Both the position numbers and the translations under genes were made by a program. DNA of 63,993 nucleotides, filler included, from Thelocarpon superellum (lineage: Eukaryota), in the NCBI GenBank assembly GCA_026025795.1. It is 6 parts of 6 records of this genome, joined end to end, with 100 filler letters (N's around TTAATTAATTAA, not from the genome) between each part and the next. Parts side by side here need not be neighbours in the genome. Positions count along the whole stretch, not along the records: positions 21,663 to 32,255 come from JAPEUG010000521.1; positions 32,356 to 42,941 come from JAPEUG010000522.1; 4 more parts are not named here. The stretch is one strand, 5' to 3'. Positions 23,747 to 35,737 of this stretch are shown here, piece after piece; positions within the stretch are counted from its first letter, which is position 1; every line of letters begins with the position of its first letter. The notes beneath the pieces were generated by a model. The model was not told the origin of the DNA. It made no database searches and worked only from the letters and a program-made list of their open reading frames with translations.

Positions 23747-26320
23747 ATGGTGAGGACGATCATCAGGTTCCCCAAAGTCCCTCCTGGACTCACATCACGT
23801 CGGCCTCGCCGGCGATTGTCCAGCATCGCACCTTCAACCAACAACTTCCTAAAAGTGTCAGAAGAAGTTCAAGATGCGATTCGTTCGAAAAGGCCTGTCG
23901 TGGCGCTAGAGACAACAATTTATACTCACGGTACGCACACTCCCAAATCACGGCGAAGATCTCTAATCAGATCATTCCCAGGCTTCCCACATCCTGAAAA
24001 TGTCCAGCTGGCGTCGCGGCTCGAGGCCACCGTGCGCGCCCACGGAGGCATCCCGGCCACGATTGGCGTCCTTGATGGGGTCGCCCGCGTGGGAATGAAT
24101 GCCGATGAGCTCCTCAAACTCGTCTCTCCCTCTGCTACGCACGCTGTCCTGAAGGTCTCTCGACGAGATCTAGGCTACATCTGTGGGCTGGTGTTGTCCC
24201 TTTACGTCGCCCACATCACGGGACACGTGCTGACCTGATCCGTCCCAGGGCTTGACGGGATCAAAGCGCAACGGAGGCACAACTGTGGCCGGGACCATGC
24301 TGCTTGCCCACCTAGCCGGCATCAAAGTCTTCGCCACGGGTGGTTTGGGCGGAGTTCACCGCGGCGGTCAAGAGTCGATGGACATCTCAGCCGACTTGAC
24401 CGAACTCGGACGAACCCCAGTCGCCGTCATCAGCAGTGGCTGCAAGAGTTTTCTCGACATTCCCCGAACCTTGGAGTACTTGGAAACTCAAGGAGTCTGT
24501 GTCGCTACCTTCGCCGATCACCGCCAGGGACCCGTCGACTTCCCAGCTTTCTGGTCCAGAGACAGCGGCATCCTAAGCCCCGTGGTCTTGCAGGATGAAG
24601 TCGAGGCTGCGGCAATCATTCGTACGTTTTACGTCGTCTCTACTCACTCCCTCTTCGTCCGCTAATCATCTTCCAGATGCTCAAGCCACGTTGCCCCTCG
24701 CAACGGGACTCCTCTTTGCCAATCCGATCCCCGCCAAACATTCGATTGCACAAAAGGAGCTTGACCAAATCATCGCAGATGCACTTCAAGACGCCCACGA
24801 TCGTGGTGTCACTGGCAAGGACAACACTCCTCATGTGTTGAGTCGTATCAAGGAACTCACGCGCGGGAAGAGTGTGGTCGCCAATAGCGCCTTGGTCGAG
24901 TACAACGTCATCCGAGGCACCAAAGTAGCGGTCGAGCTATCCAAGCTCGAGCGGGGCGAAAGTGATCATCGAGAAGCGTGAGGAGTGCCTTTCGATCACC
25001 CACCACCCAAATCGCTGACGTCTTCGTAGCGAGAATGTCAACGAGGCCTACGTCTTCCCACTTCATCGCCACGAAGAAGGCCTGAAGTCATCGGTGAAGG
25101 ATAGTCCAGTCGCACCCCAGCGTGCAGATATTCTCGTGGCAGGATCATTAGCCATAGACCTGGCTTGTGACTATGCTCCTTCAGCCGCGCACGCTGCTGC
25201 CCCCTTATCCACACCTCAGCAGCATACTTCGAATCCTGCGGTCATCGGCCAGACCATGGGCGGCGTAGGCTATAACGTGGCAAGCGCAGCGCGTCTCCTT
25301 GGAGCCGACGTGGTTCTTTGCACTCGCGTAGGCGATGACATGGCCGGGAGAAGCGCCCTGGCGAAGCTGGTCGACAAGGGCATGCGACTAGACGGCGTCA
25401 AGATGTCCGATCCTTCGTCCGTTCAGGGCACAGCTCAGTACGTGGCCATCAACGACGCTGACAAGAATATGGTGATGGCCATGGCAGATATGAGGATCCT
25501 CGAGAGTACGGGACCTGAAAACAATTTTGACGAAAGCTGGACACACCAGATCCACGCTATGACCCCCAAATGGGTGATAGTGGACGCCAACTGGGATTAC
25601 AAGACGCTCCACCATTGGGTGACCTCGAGCAAGGCTGCGGGCGCCCGTGTGGCGTATGAACCCGTCTCCGTCGCCAAGTCGAGGCGACTTTTTGCCGCCG
25701 CCGGCTTGAGAGTCTATCCCAACCATGACGTGGATCTGGCGACGCCCAATGCGATGGAGCTCGCCGCCATGCATGCAGCGGCGCGAGAGTCCGAGCAGCT
25801 AGAGCGACAAGACTGGTGGCGCCTGATCGATTCGCTGGGCATCTCGAGCGGAGGGGAATCGGATCGCTTGGCTGCCTTGACCAGTCGTGCCATGGTCAAG
25901 CAGGGGATCCCCCAGCAGAGTATCCAGCTTCTTCCCTTCATCCCATCTATCCTCACCAAGTTAGGGTCACAAGGAGTTCTCTTGACCCGGCTGCTTGCTT
26001 CTGGCGACCCGCGGCTCTCGATGCCAGCTGAAGCGCCTTTCATCATGACTCGCTCGTACGATGATAACAGTCCAGCCGGTGGGGTGTATCTGCGCGTCTT
26101 TCCCACCCCCGCAGCAGTGGCGGAAGAGGAGGTGGTGAGCGTCAACGGGGCTGGAGACACGTTCTTGGGCACACTCGTTGCCGGCTTGACGGCCAAACAC
26201 CATGATATGAATACGCTGATAGGGCTTGCTCAGAGGGCAAGCGCCATGACTCTCAAGAGCCCGGAAGCGGTGCACCCGCAGTTGGCAGAGCTGAAGGCTG
26301 AGGTCATGGGTAGAGGATGA
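23747..26320 (+). CDS. Pseudouridine-5'-phosphate glycosidase (PsuG/IndA) fused to PfkB-family (pseudouridine) kinase
   Basis: [46 protein letters not shown] (PsuG); intron about 24978-25029 keeps the frame into the PfkB domain with GGVGYNVA and SVNGAGDTF. Confidence 0.92.
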
Positions 26321-26561
26321 TATGTAGACGTGAGAAGAGACGTTGAGAAGAACAACGACCTTCGTGGCTGTAATAGGTCGGTCAAGGCGACATGCGCGAA
26401 AGGGGACAGACGGGAATTACGGCGGATGGTCGTCTCGCTTGTCTGTTCACCGAGAGACATCGAGAACGATTCTCCGATCGGGCCGAGCACCAGGCCCCGA
26501 AAGGATGCTCTGTATATGCCGAGATGGACAACTCACGCTGTAGGTATTGACCATATGCATC

Positions 26562-27930
26562 ATGCAACCCGAGGCGGACGTGGACATCGACCTGGAGGCG
26601 CAATCAGTGATTTTGGCTGCCGCTCAACATAATACCGACCGACTTCGCATCCTCCTCCGGTCCACGCCGGTCAATGTGCAGGATCGCGAGACCGGCTCCA
26701 CTCCGTTACATGCGGCTATTGCAGCATGTGAACCATGTGAACCAGAGCCTCCGTCAGTAGATGCCAACGGACATGGAGTCGATGACGTCGGTGATTTTAA
26801 TGGCTCTCGTCCTACCACGGACGAGGAAGCAGCCATCAAAACCGTCAAATTCCTTCTCCAGCACGGCGCCATCTGGAACGATCTCGACCACGGTAATGAG
26901 ACGCCGGGATGTATCGCTTATCGACTGGGCTTCCATCCGCTGTACGATCTTATGGTTGATGCTGGCGTACGGTAATGATGCCTAGCACCCCGCAAACCGG
27001 CCCGTGACTGACGGAAGGCCAGGGCCGAGATGTTGATGAATAGAATGGACGAGTATCAGCCGATTGACGACAATGACGAGGGAGATGACATTGAAGCTGG
27101 AACGGCCACCGACGCTGTCCCGGCTACTGAAGAGGCATTCTCAAGCGCCCATGACGCCGATGCTGCTCTCGCAGTCGGGGTCGACGCTCCAGGTCCAGAG
27201 GTCGACAGTGGGCGGTATCTGCAGTCGCACTTGACCTTCCAAGGGGATCGCCTGCTTGACGCAGATTGCAACGGCGTGATGATGGCGTGGGAGACGGGCA
27301 TCATGAAACGAACGGCAGCCTTGCTGCTGCCCGGCCAAAGCCTACGAGTGTTGAATGTCGGGCATGGAATGGGAATCGTCGACGAGTGTTTCCAGTCGCA
27401 ATCTCCCTCCGCCCATCACATCATCGAGGCGCACCCAGCCGTGCTCACGCAGCTTCGCGGCAATGGATGGTATGACAAACCAAGTGTCACCATCCACGAG
27501 GGCCGGTGGCAGGACGTTTTACCCAAGCTGCTAGCGGACAACGTCATGTTTGATGCCATCTACTTTGACACATTTGCAGAAGATTACAAGGCGCTCCGCC
27601 TGTTTTTCTCGGAATATGTTCTTGGTTTGCTCGACGCGCAGGGAGGGGCCGACGGAAACGGAGGGAGGTGGAGCTTCTTCAACGGGTTGGGGGCGGACCG
27701 ACAGATTTGCTACGATGTGTACAGCAAGGTGAGTTCAACTTCAAGATGCTTCACATTCGCTGACGCGAACGCAGCTCGTCGAAATGGACCTGTTTGAGGC
27801 GGGATTTGATACAGACTGGGAAGAGGTGGCGGTTCCGAATCTTGACGCCACTGAAGAGTGGAAAGGCGTGCGGCGGAAATATTGGACACCACTGACTTAC
27901 AAGTTGCCGATATGTAGATTCATCGACTGA
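26562..27930 (+). CDS. RMT2: Protein arginine N-methyltransferase 2 (ankyrin + methyltransferase)
   Basis: GSTPLHAAI...LLQHGAIWNDLD..ETPGCIA; GVMMAWE; VLNVGHGMGIVD; HHIIEAHP; FDAIYFDTFAEDY; SFFNGLGADRQICYDVY; last exon 27775-27930. Confidence 0.95.
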
Positions 27931-28534
27931 CAGATGGCAGCCTGCCTTGTACCACCTGCATCGTTGACAGGGTGCAGGTGGAGAACGTCGCCACCCGCCG
28001 GTAAGGCTGAGTCGAGGAAGGAGACAGGAAGGATGGAAAATGTAGGGTACCGTTCAAGTGGCGCCAAACCGGTCCTCTCCCTTGCATAAGTTTTGCAGCC
28101 GGGCTCCTCGCCAATCGGATCTGTTCTTTGGCATTCCCTGAGGCACGTTAGCCTCCCAACTTCCATGGTTGTGCTCGTACCACACAGAACCGAGACGCAC
28201 CATCCCGTGCCCGGGGTGGGCGGTTCCCTGGGTCGGTTACTGTAGGACTCCAGTGGACGATGCTCGCTCGATAAGCGTGACCTCATGTCGGGCGTCCAGG
28301 CGTCAGGCGGCCGATGCAGCAGGCGGACTGAGAACGCCAGCAATCGTAGCGAATGATCCGTCCACGCGTAAACGGCCGGCAGCTAGACCTTCGCGTCCCT
28401 ACATATCGCGACCGCGACGGAATCAGGAGACTTCAGGCCACCACCGACCTCTGCCACCTCACGCCGGTGCATCTGCCGTCGTATCCGCCGTCGGCATCCC
28501 TCGCCACGGTCGCAGTCCCTCCGCTCACGCCGCG

Positions 28535-30014
28535 ATGGGAGAAGCAGAGCGGCCGGCGTCCAGCGCGGACCAGCCCACTCACCACCTCTGTGTGCTCATC
28601 CACGGGTAATCCAGCACCGGGCACCTCTCACCTGCATCCATGCTGACCTCCTCCCAGACTGTGGGGAAACCCGCAGCATATGGCCTTTGTCGCCTCGTCC
28701 CTTCGAGAGCGGCACCCTGAGCCCACCTTCCACATCCTTCTCGCCAAGAGCAACTCGGGCAGCTTCACTTACGATGGCGTCGAGCGGGGTGGCGAGCGTG
28801 TGACCTTTGAGGTCGAAGAGGCCTTGGACGACTACGCGCGGAAGGGTCAAGAGATTATGAAGCTGAGCGTCGTGGGCTACTCCTTGGGTGGCTTGGTGGC
28901 GCGGTATTGCATCGGCTTGCTCTATTCACGGGGATGCTTTGACCAGATCGAACCGGTGGTAAGTGCAGCGCAGTGGAGCTCCCGCTACTCATGCTCACGC
29001 TCTCAGAACTTCGCCACCTTTGCCACCCCTCACCTCGGGGTACGGACGCCAGTCAAGGGCGTGCAGCAGCAACTCTGGAACCTGATTGGATCGCGAACCC
29101 TGTCCGATTCGGGCCGTCAGCTCTTCACCATCGACTCCTTTCGAGACACGGGGCGGCCGCTGCTGTCCTTGCTTGCCGACCCCGACAGCGTCTTCATCCG
29201 CGCCTTGGCCCAGTTTAAACATCGAGTTCTCTATACCAACGTGGTCAATGATCGGACCGCCGCCTACTACACGACCAGTATCTCGCGCGTCGATCCCTAC
29301 ACCGACATCAATGCAGTCCGAGTCAACTACGTCGAAGGTTATGGAGACATCATCGTCGACCGTGACTGTCCCGTGTCCGCCCTCGAGGAAGAGGAGACGC
29401 CGACCTCCTTTGACAAGGTCGTCAAACGGACGCAGGACCTGGTGACCAACTTGCCCACCATGGCCGGGCTCGCCCTCTTCGTCCCCATCGGCTGCGTCAT
29501 CTACCTCCTCAACGCCGCGGTGCAGATTGCTCGTAGCAATCAGCGTATTCGCCTGCACGAAGCCGGACAGGCTGGGATCGGGATCGCGAGTTATCGCATC
29601 CCGCTCATGGTGGAGAATGTGCAGCGGGCAGTCGAGGGCGCGATGCAGGACTTTCATCCCAAGGAGGGGCAAACGTATGAACCCGCCAACGGGCATGCCA
29701 ATGGAAGTGGGAATGGGAATGGAAAGGCCTCGGCCCCGATTGCCAACGGAAACGGGAACGGAAACGGAAACGGAAGCCACGTCAAGCCCTACTCGGCCCC
29801 GGCTGAACCCACCTTCCCCACGCTGGCTCTTTCTCCCGCCCAGTTCGATATGATCGATACCCTGGACAGTGCTCCCGTCCGCTTCACCAAGCATCCGGTC
29901 CATATTCGAATCCGACGCAGCCACGCGGCCATCATTGTGCGAGAGGATAAAGAAGCGTGGTATGATGGGAAGACGGTGATTCGACATTGGTTGGACAAGG
30001 AATTTGAGGTGTAA
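28535..30014 (+). CDS. DUF676 putative lipase/serine esterase
   Basis: HLCVLIHG/LWGN across intron 28606-28657; nucleophile elbow GYSLGG; ATPHLG; NDRTA; SHAAIIVR. Confidence 0.9.
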
Positions 30015-30923
30015 TGGAAGAAAGCTTACGGGGGATGAGGTGATTTCGCGGCAAGATTCGGTAGGTAGCTGCATCTAGACTATTTCGCATACAGTTGGCA
30101 GAGGCTAAATCGAAGTTCCAGGGGCTTTTCTCGCCATTTCTTTCGAGCCGCGACTACCTCATTTGGCATGACTTAGTCTGGCAGATTTTCTCCCAAGCTG
30201 ACTCGTACGTCGGTAGAGATTCTGCTGAACTTATCGGTGGCATGAGATGCCCATCTCCTTCACTTCCTTTACGTAGAAGGCTTCGCATTATACGATGAGC
30301 TGGGATCCTCGAATCCATCTGTTCACTCTGCGGTCATTCTCCTCGTTTGTTAATTAGATCAAGCGCTAGATCAGCCTCTCGAGCATTCCTTTCCTTCTCT
30401 TCTTTCATTTGCCAATAAAGTATGGCTTAATACGACTTCAATCTATGACTTTGAAATGCAGAATGCAGACGCATGTCCCACGTCTACAGGCTTACAGCGC
30501 TCCACACTTGAGTGTTAGTCGGGCCATCCTATTTTCACGAATCTCTCCCGGTACGGAAGGCCTCACGACATTCTGTAAAGCATGGTGTAGCCCGTTTACT
30601 AGATATTTGTCTTTCGCTTCGGCGTCTTACTCATCGAGTGACCAGCGGAAGATGAAATCTCGGCTCTTTGACTCCCCAAGGAGGGATGAGTAACTGTGTA
30701 ATGAGCAATTCAGGGGCTCTCCTTCTCTGAGTCAGATACATTTCTTTGGCAGCAAAGGAGCAATGAAGAACGGAGAAAACGAAATGAACGAAAGAGCTAA
30801 TGCAATTCATCCACCGCTCTCAGTTGTGTCGCTCCGTGTATTTTCTCGCTCGTGTCGTGTGCCTTTTCAGGTCAAGTCAAGGCTTTGACCTCTCTCTCGC
30901 CTCCTTCTTCCTTTTCCCCATCT

Positions 30924-32255
30924 CTAATCACTCTCAGAATAAGCAGGATCTAAATGAAAGGCGTCGTAGCAACAGCCAGAAAGATCGTAGCTCTTACGAG
31001 CACGCTTTGACTGGGGTCGCGGGCGCGGGGATTCATTCCCATCTCCACTGCTTCCTGCTTCTGTCTCCTCGCTTTCCGTCTTCGCTCGAGGCCGAGACGG
31101 AGCAAGGGGAGGAGGCTGCGCCGGGGACTCCGGCGTTGGTCGAGAGTTGATGGCAAGAGAGGTCTGGACGGTGTGCGCAGTGCTGGACGGGGTCATGTTT
31201 GCCACACTCGTCGTCTCGCTACTTGATGCGTCGGCTCGACCAGCGCCGGAGAGACGGCTGAAAACTGACGCGAACATCGAGCTTGACGCTGTAGGTCGCA
31301 CCGTCTCTGGCTCGGCCGCCGTATGCCTTTGGCGCTTTCGCGAAGGCGTGGCTCCTGTTGGTACTTGCGGTCTCTCTGGTAATGACTTTGGCTCTGCTGC
31401 TGGCTTTGGCGAAGCCGTCGCAGTTTCGCCGGACTTTGTCGCACTTGCCTTTGGAGTCGACTGGCTTGGGGGCTCCTCGGTTGCGTCTCCCATGCGGATC
31501 GATTCCTCCTCATCATCGGTCACGCCCGTGTCCACATGTATCGTGTCGTCCACAGACGCCTGCGTGTCTCCAGGGTTGGGGGACGGTGCCTGGGATGAAG
31601 ATTCAGGCAGCAGAGGTCGCCTCGTGGTTTCCTGATTGGCAGGGCTCTCCTCTTGTTCGGTGAAAGACGCACGTCTACTTTCGTCTTCAGATGCCGGGCC
31701 CCTGGCCACTGTCCGCCGATCGGGCAGTCCCATAGCGATCCGTCGGGCTTTACGTCGCCATTCAGCTCCAGCTGCCGCGCTAGTTGCGGCGGCTTCTGCG
31801 ACTCCGTCACGCACTTGGACAAGACTGTCGTAGAGAGCGCGATCATATCCCACGCACTGTACCACGGTCCATTTCATCCGAAGACAAGGCTCGGCGGTTT
31901 TTGAGAAAAGCTTCAGTATGTCCTGGTCCTGGATATTCCTCGCTTCGGCATCGCTCATGATCAAGCCCTTGTCCCGGAGGAGCTGTTGGCCCCACAGGGT
32001 GTCGCCGACCCTTTTGACATATTCCGCCTGAATGTTCCCCTTCCACTGCTTCCACTCATCCACGGGGATCGGGGCCCAACCCGAAACCACGTACTGGCCA
32101 CAGTACGTGTAGTGTCCAGATATCTTGCGCTGCCAGAGCAGAGAATATTCCTTTCCTAGTTCTCCCACAAACCCCTGGCCATCCACAAACGCCAAAACTC
32201 CGTGCTGTCCCGTTCTCGGAGATAAAGCGTGTGTCTGCAAGGGGTAGACCTTGAT
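30924..32255 (-). CDS. DUF6697-like fungal domain protein with low-complexity C-terminus (5' end truncated)
   Basis: PRTGQHG...HYTYCGQY...DEW...QCVGYDRALYDSL pattern recalled from DUF6697; open frame runs to the contig end. Confidence 0.6.
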   Translation of the reverse strand: MKVYPLQTHALSPRTGQHGVLAFVDGQGFVGELGKEYSLLWQRKISGHYTYCGQYVVSGWAPIPVDEWKQWKGNIQAEYVKRVGDTLWGQQLLRDKGLIMSDAEARNIQDQDILKLFSKTAEPCLRMKWTVVQCVGYDRALYDSLVQVRDGVAEAAATSAAAGAEWRRKARRIAMGLPDRRTVARGPASEDESRRASFTEQEESPANQETTRRPLLPESSSQAPSPNPGDTQASVDDTIHVDTGVTDDEEESIRMGDATEEPPSQSTPKASATKSGETATASPKPAAEPKSLPERPQVPTGATPSRKRQRHTAAEPETVRPTASSSMFASVFSRLSGAGRADASSSETTSVANMTPSSTAHTVQTSLAINSRPTPESPAQPPPLAPSRPRAKTESEETEAGSSGDGNESPRPRPQSKRARKSYDLSGCCYDAFHLDPAYSESD

Positions 32256-32355
32256 NNNNNNNNNNNNNNNNNNNNNNNNNNNNNNNNNNNNNNNNNNNNT
32301 TAATTAATTAANNNNNNNNNNNNNNNNNNNNNNNNNNNNNNNNNNNNNNNNNNNN
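32256..32355. other. Artificial contig-joining spacer
   Basis: Identical N44-TTAATTAATTAA-N44. Confidence 0.97.
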
Positions 32356-32440
32356 GTGAAAATATAATCCAGGCAGTCTGCAATTGACCGCTGACGACGT
32401 GTGCCAGTGGGTTCTACCTGAGCGTCCACTGTCGAGCATC

Positions 32441-33979
32441 ATGGCCTCCGTCTTCCGTGTAGCCCCCACGGCGTCCACGCGTGCACGCCACCTGCTCCGT
32501 GTCGTCCAGTACCTTCATCCGCCCTCGTGTCCCTGTCATGCCAACCCTGGTGCTCATGCCCAAGCTCTTCCCTCGTTGCACCGCGGTGGGCGATCGCTGG
32601 CAACGCCCCTTGATGCGTCCCGACAGAAGGAATATGCCTTCGAGATGGCCGCCTCGAGCATCCGGTTTGGCCCGGGCTGTACGAAGGAAGTGGGCATGGA
32701 CTTCAAGAACCTGGGCGCCCAGAAGGTCTGTGTCGTGACGGATGAGAACGTGGTGAAGCTCGATGCCATGAAACAGGTGGTGGAAGGACTGGACCGGGAG
32801 GGAGTGGCCTTCGTGGTCTACGAGAACACCGTGGTAGAGCCAAAGGACAGCTCGTGAGTTCCTGGAGGACTCGTGGCGAGACATGCTCAGCTGATCGTGC
32901 AACACGGCGACAGGATCAAAGACGCCATCAACTTTGCGCTTCCCCATCGTCCCGATGCCTTCTTGGCCGTGGGCGGTGGGTCGGTCATCGACACGGCCAA
33001 GCTCATGAACCTCTACACCTCCTTCCCCGACGCTGACTTTCTCGATTTTGTGAATGCCCCACTCGGCCGCGGGCTGCCCATCACCAAAGCCTTACGGCCA
33101 CTCTTCGCCGTGCCCACGACGGCCGGCACGGGCTCGGAGACGACGGGGACCGCCATCTTCGACCTGGTGTCGAAGAAGGCCAAGACGGGGATCGCCCATC
33201 GCGCACTGAAGCCAACGCTGGGTCTCTGTGATCCACTGAATACCCGTACCATGCCGCGTGCAGTGCACGCCAGCTCGGGCCTGGATGTCCTCTGTCACTC
33301 GCTCGAGTCTTGGACCGCCATTCCCTACCACGAACGCACGCCTCGGCCGACCAATCCCATCCTGCGCCCGGCGTACCAAGGCGCGAATCCCATCTCCGAC
33401 ATCTTTTCGCTTCAGGCGCTCCGGAGCACGGTCAAATACCTCCCCCGGGCCGTTCGCGACCCGGATGACAGCGAAGCGCAATCTCAGATGCTGCTTGCGG
33501 CTACGCTGGCTGGTGTGGGCTTTGGCAATGCCGGGGTCCATCTGTGCCATGGCATGAGCTATCCGATCTCGGGACAGAACCCTGGATATCACCACCAAGG
33601 CTACGAGGTTCCACATCCCATCATCCCTCATGGCGTCTCCGTCGCCGTCACTGCGCCCGCTGTCTTCCGCTTCACCGGGGCATCGAATCCCGAGCGACAT
33701 CTGGCAGCCGCCGAGGTGTTTGGGAAGGACATCTCCAATGTGAAGAAGGAATCGGCGGGCGAGGTGCTCAGCGAAGCACTAGCCGACTTCCTCGTCAAGT
33801 TGGGAGGCCAGCCACGGGGCTTGAAGGACCTTGGATTCAAGCACGGGCACGTCGATGCCTTGGTCGAAGGAAGCCTCCCTCAGCAACGCGTCCTCATGTT
33901 GGCCCCGACTCTCAGCAATGAGCTGCACGAGGAGCGAGAGCAACTGCGCGGACTCTTTGAAGCGGCCATGGAGTACTAG
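32441..33979 (+). CDS. Hydroxyacid-oxoacid transhydrogenase (Fe-ADH family, ADHFE1 ortholog), likely mitochondrial
   Basis: EYAFEMAASSIRFGPG; AVGGGSVIDTAK; PTTAGTGSETT; DVLCHSLES; GFGNAGVHLCHGMSYPISG; IPHG; Arg/Ser-rich N-terminus; one intron about 32854-32913. Confidence 0.94.
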
Positions 33980-34149
33980 ACGAAACCATGTGTCTTTGAT
34001 CATTCTACAATCGTCAAAGTTGTTGAAGTGCAGATGATCACATTCACTATTCTCCCCTGCGTGGCAGCACCGCGGCTCAGGTTGTCTTTGAGCATCACAC
34101 ACCTCTCCTGTGATTGCTAGTTCGACATGGCCAGGTCTCTGCTTCCGAC

Positions 34150-34963
34150 TTATGCGAGCAGCGGGAACGCCAACTGTCCAGCTTCGGTCGACCAATCCTG
34201 CGGAATGATCAGCCATGACGATCCAGTCGATGAAGGGCCCGGGTCACTGACCTTGATCAATTCCGTGACGACGGCATTGGTTGAGGTGACGGGGATGCCG
34301 GCTTGCTTCAGCCGCTCCCACGCCACTTCTTCGGCCAGGGTCGTCGGACTACCGCCGGCATCCAAGACGCACTGTTGCACTGGGTCAGCCGACGAGGATC
34401 GGACGATCGGACGGGAGGGCGAGACCCACCTTGATGTGGAAGCCTTCATTCTGCATGGAGATGGCTGGAGGGACCAGGCATACGTCCGTGGTGACGCCGG
34501 CGACGATCAGATTCTTCTTGCCTGCGGACAATGGTCAGCGGCTCTCGTCGTGGGTCATGATATTGCTCGGACTATTCTCACCAGCAGCCCGCACAGCGTC
34601 GGCGAAATTGGGATCGTTGAAGGCATTGACAATTCCAAGGCGCTTGGTGCGCTTGACATAAGCATCAGGGGCGGCCTTTTGGATGACGTCCAACAAGAGT
34701 CCTTGGACGTTGGTCTCCCTGCACGACATGGTCAGGCCCGCCTATCGAGAGCATCGAGATCATTACATGGACGAGGTCAGGACCAGGGGCATCTTGGTGG
34801 CGGTCGCAAAGGTGGCGAGGATCTTCACATTCTTCTGCAACAGCTCGGCATCGATGGAATGCACCCAGCCACAGGTGCCAATCTGGTGGTCGATGAGCAC
34901 GATGGCAGTGTCCTCGATATTGAAGGACTTGGTGAAGTGCTCCTTGTCGGTGACGGCGGCCAT
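34150..34963 (-). CDS. YcaC-like isochorismatase-family cysteine hydrolase (5 exons)
   Basis: AIVLIDHQIG (Asp), KRLGIVNAF (Arg), LIVAGVTTDVCLVPPAIS (Cys nucleophile), VLDAGGS, VVTELIK/DWS; four GT-AG introns. Confidence 0.9.
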
Positions 34964-35356
34964 GACGAGGCTGGATATGTGCTTGTGCTGGGAGGTCAGA
35001 CGCAAGGAACGAGCACGGGGTCTGAGGGGCAATGTTCGTGGCGAAGGAGGTGAGGACGGGTGAATGGCGTAGGCTATATACTGGGGGGGTTGAGGGGCCA
35101 GGCCTGGCATGCCCCTCCTTCCTGCCCTTCGCCAACATCACGTTGCAGCAAGCCATCTGCATTAGCCCGTCGGGCATCGGACCGACGCGGACGAGCGTAA
35201 GCGTCGGCCAATCACGCCGCCACGGCCGTGATGAGTTATGGCGCATGGACGGATATGATGTGGACGGATTGTTGTCGAGAGAGATCGCCGTGGCGGACGG
35301 AGAGCCCCTTAGCACGCAGGCGGGCGCGCGTTGTGGGAGAAGGGCGGAAGATCCCG

Positions 35357-35378
35357 TCGGCGCCGAACTCGGCGCCGA
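35357..35378. promoter_or_regulatory. Tandem palindromes TCGGCGCCGA-AC-TCGGCGCCGA (candidate Zn2Cys6 sites, CGG-N2-CCG)
   Basis: Two identical 10-bp palindromes near the midpoint of the divergent promoter between the hydrolase and the SNG1-like gene; function is inferred. Confidence 0.35.
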
Positions 35379-35737
35379 GAAGGAGCGAGCGTTAGGGGCA
35401 CCACGCCACGCCCCTTCCTCATTGGACCCACTGACCCTCGGACAACAGGTCCCCGCCGCCCATCAGACACGATGCTGGTGAGCATGGCAGGCGATCAGCA
35501 TCTAGGGCCGCGGTCGACTCGACGCCCAGCCAACCAATTCGATCAAAATTTACGAGCGGAGAGGTCGGAAGGAAAAGACGGTGCCCTGGTCACCCGCTCT
35601 CGCCCGGCTTCCTACCGCGTACAATCCTTTCCGTCATTCCAAGTCCCTCTGGGCTCTGCATCTCTCCTTTCAGCTCCGGTCTGAGCCTGTCCCTGCAGTC
35701 TCAGCAGAAGAAAATTTGCCCAACAACTTGCAGCGTC

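Noticed and set aside
29700..29775. GGAAAC/GGGAAT tandem repeats
   Set aside because: Coding Gly-Asn low-complexity tract in the DUF676 protein.
34150..34963. Recent bacterial horizontal transfer of the YcaC-like gene
   Set aside because: It has four spliceosomal introns and host-like codon usage; origin cannot be judged without a phylogeny.
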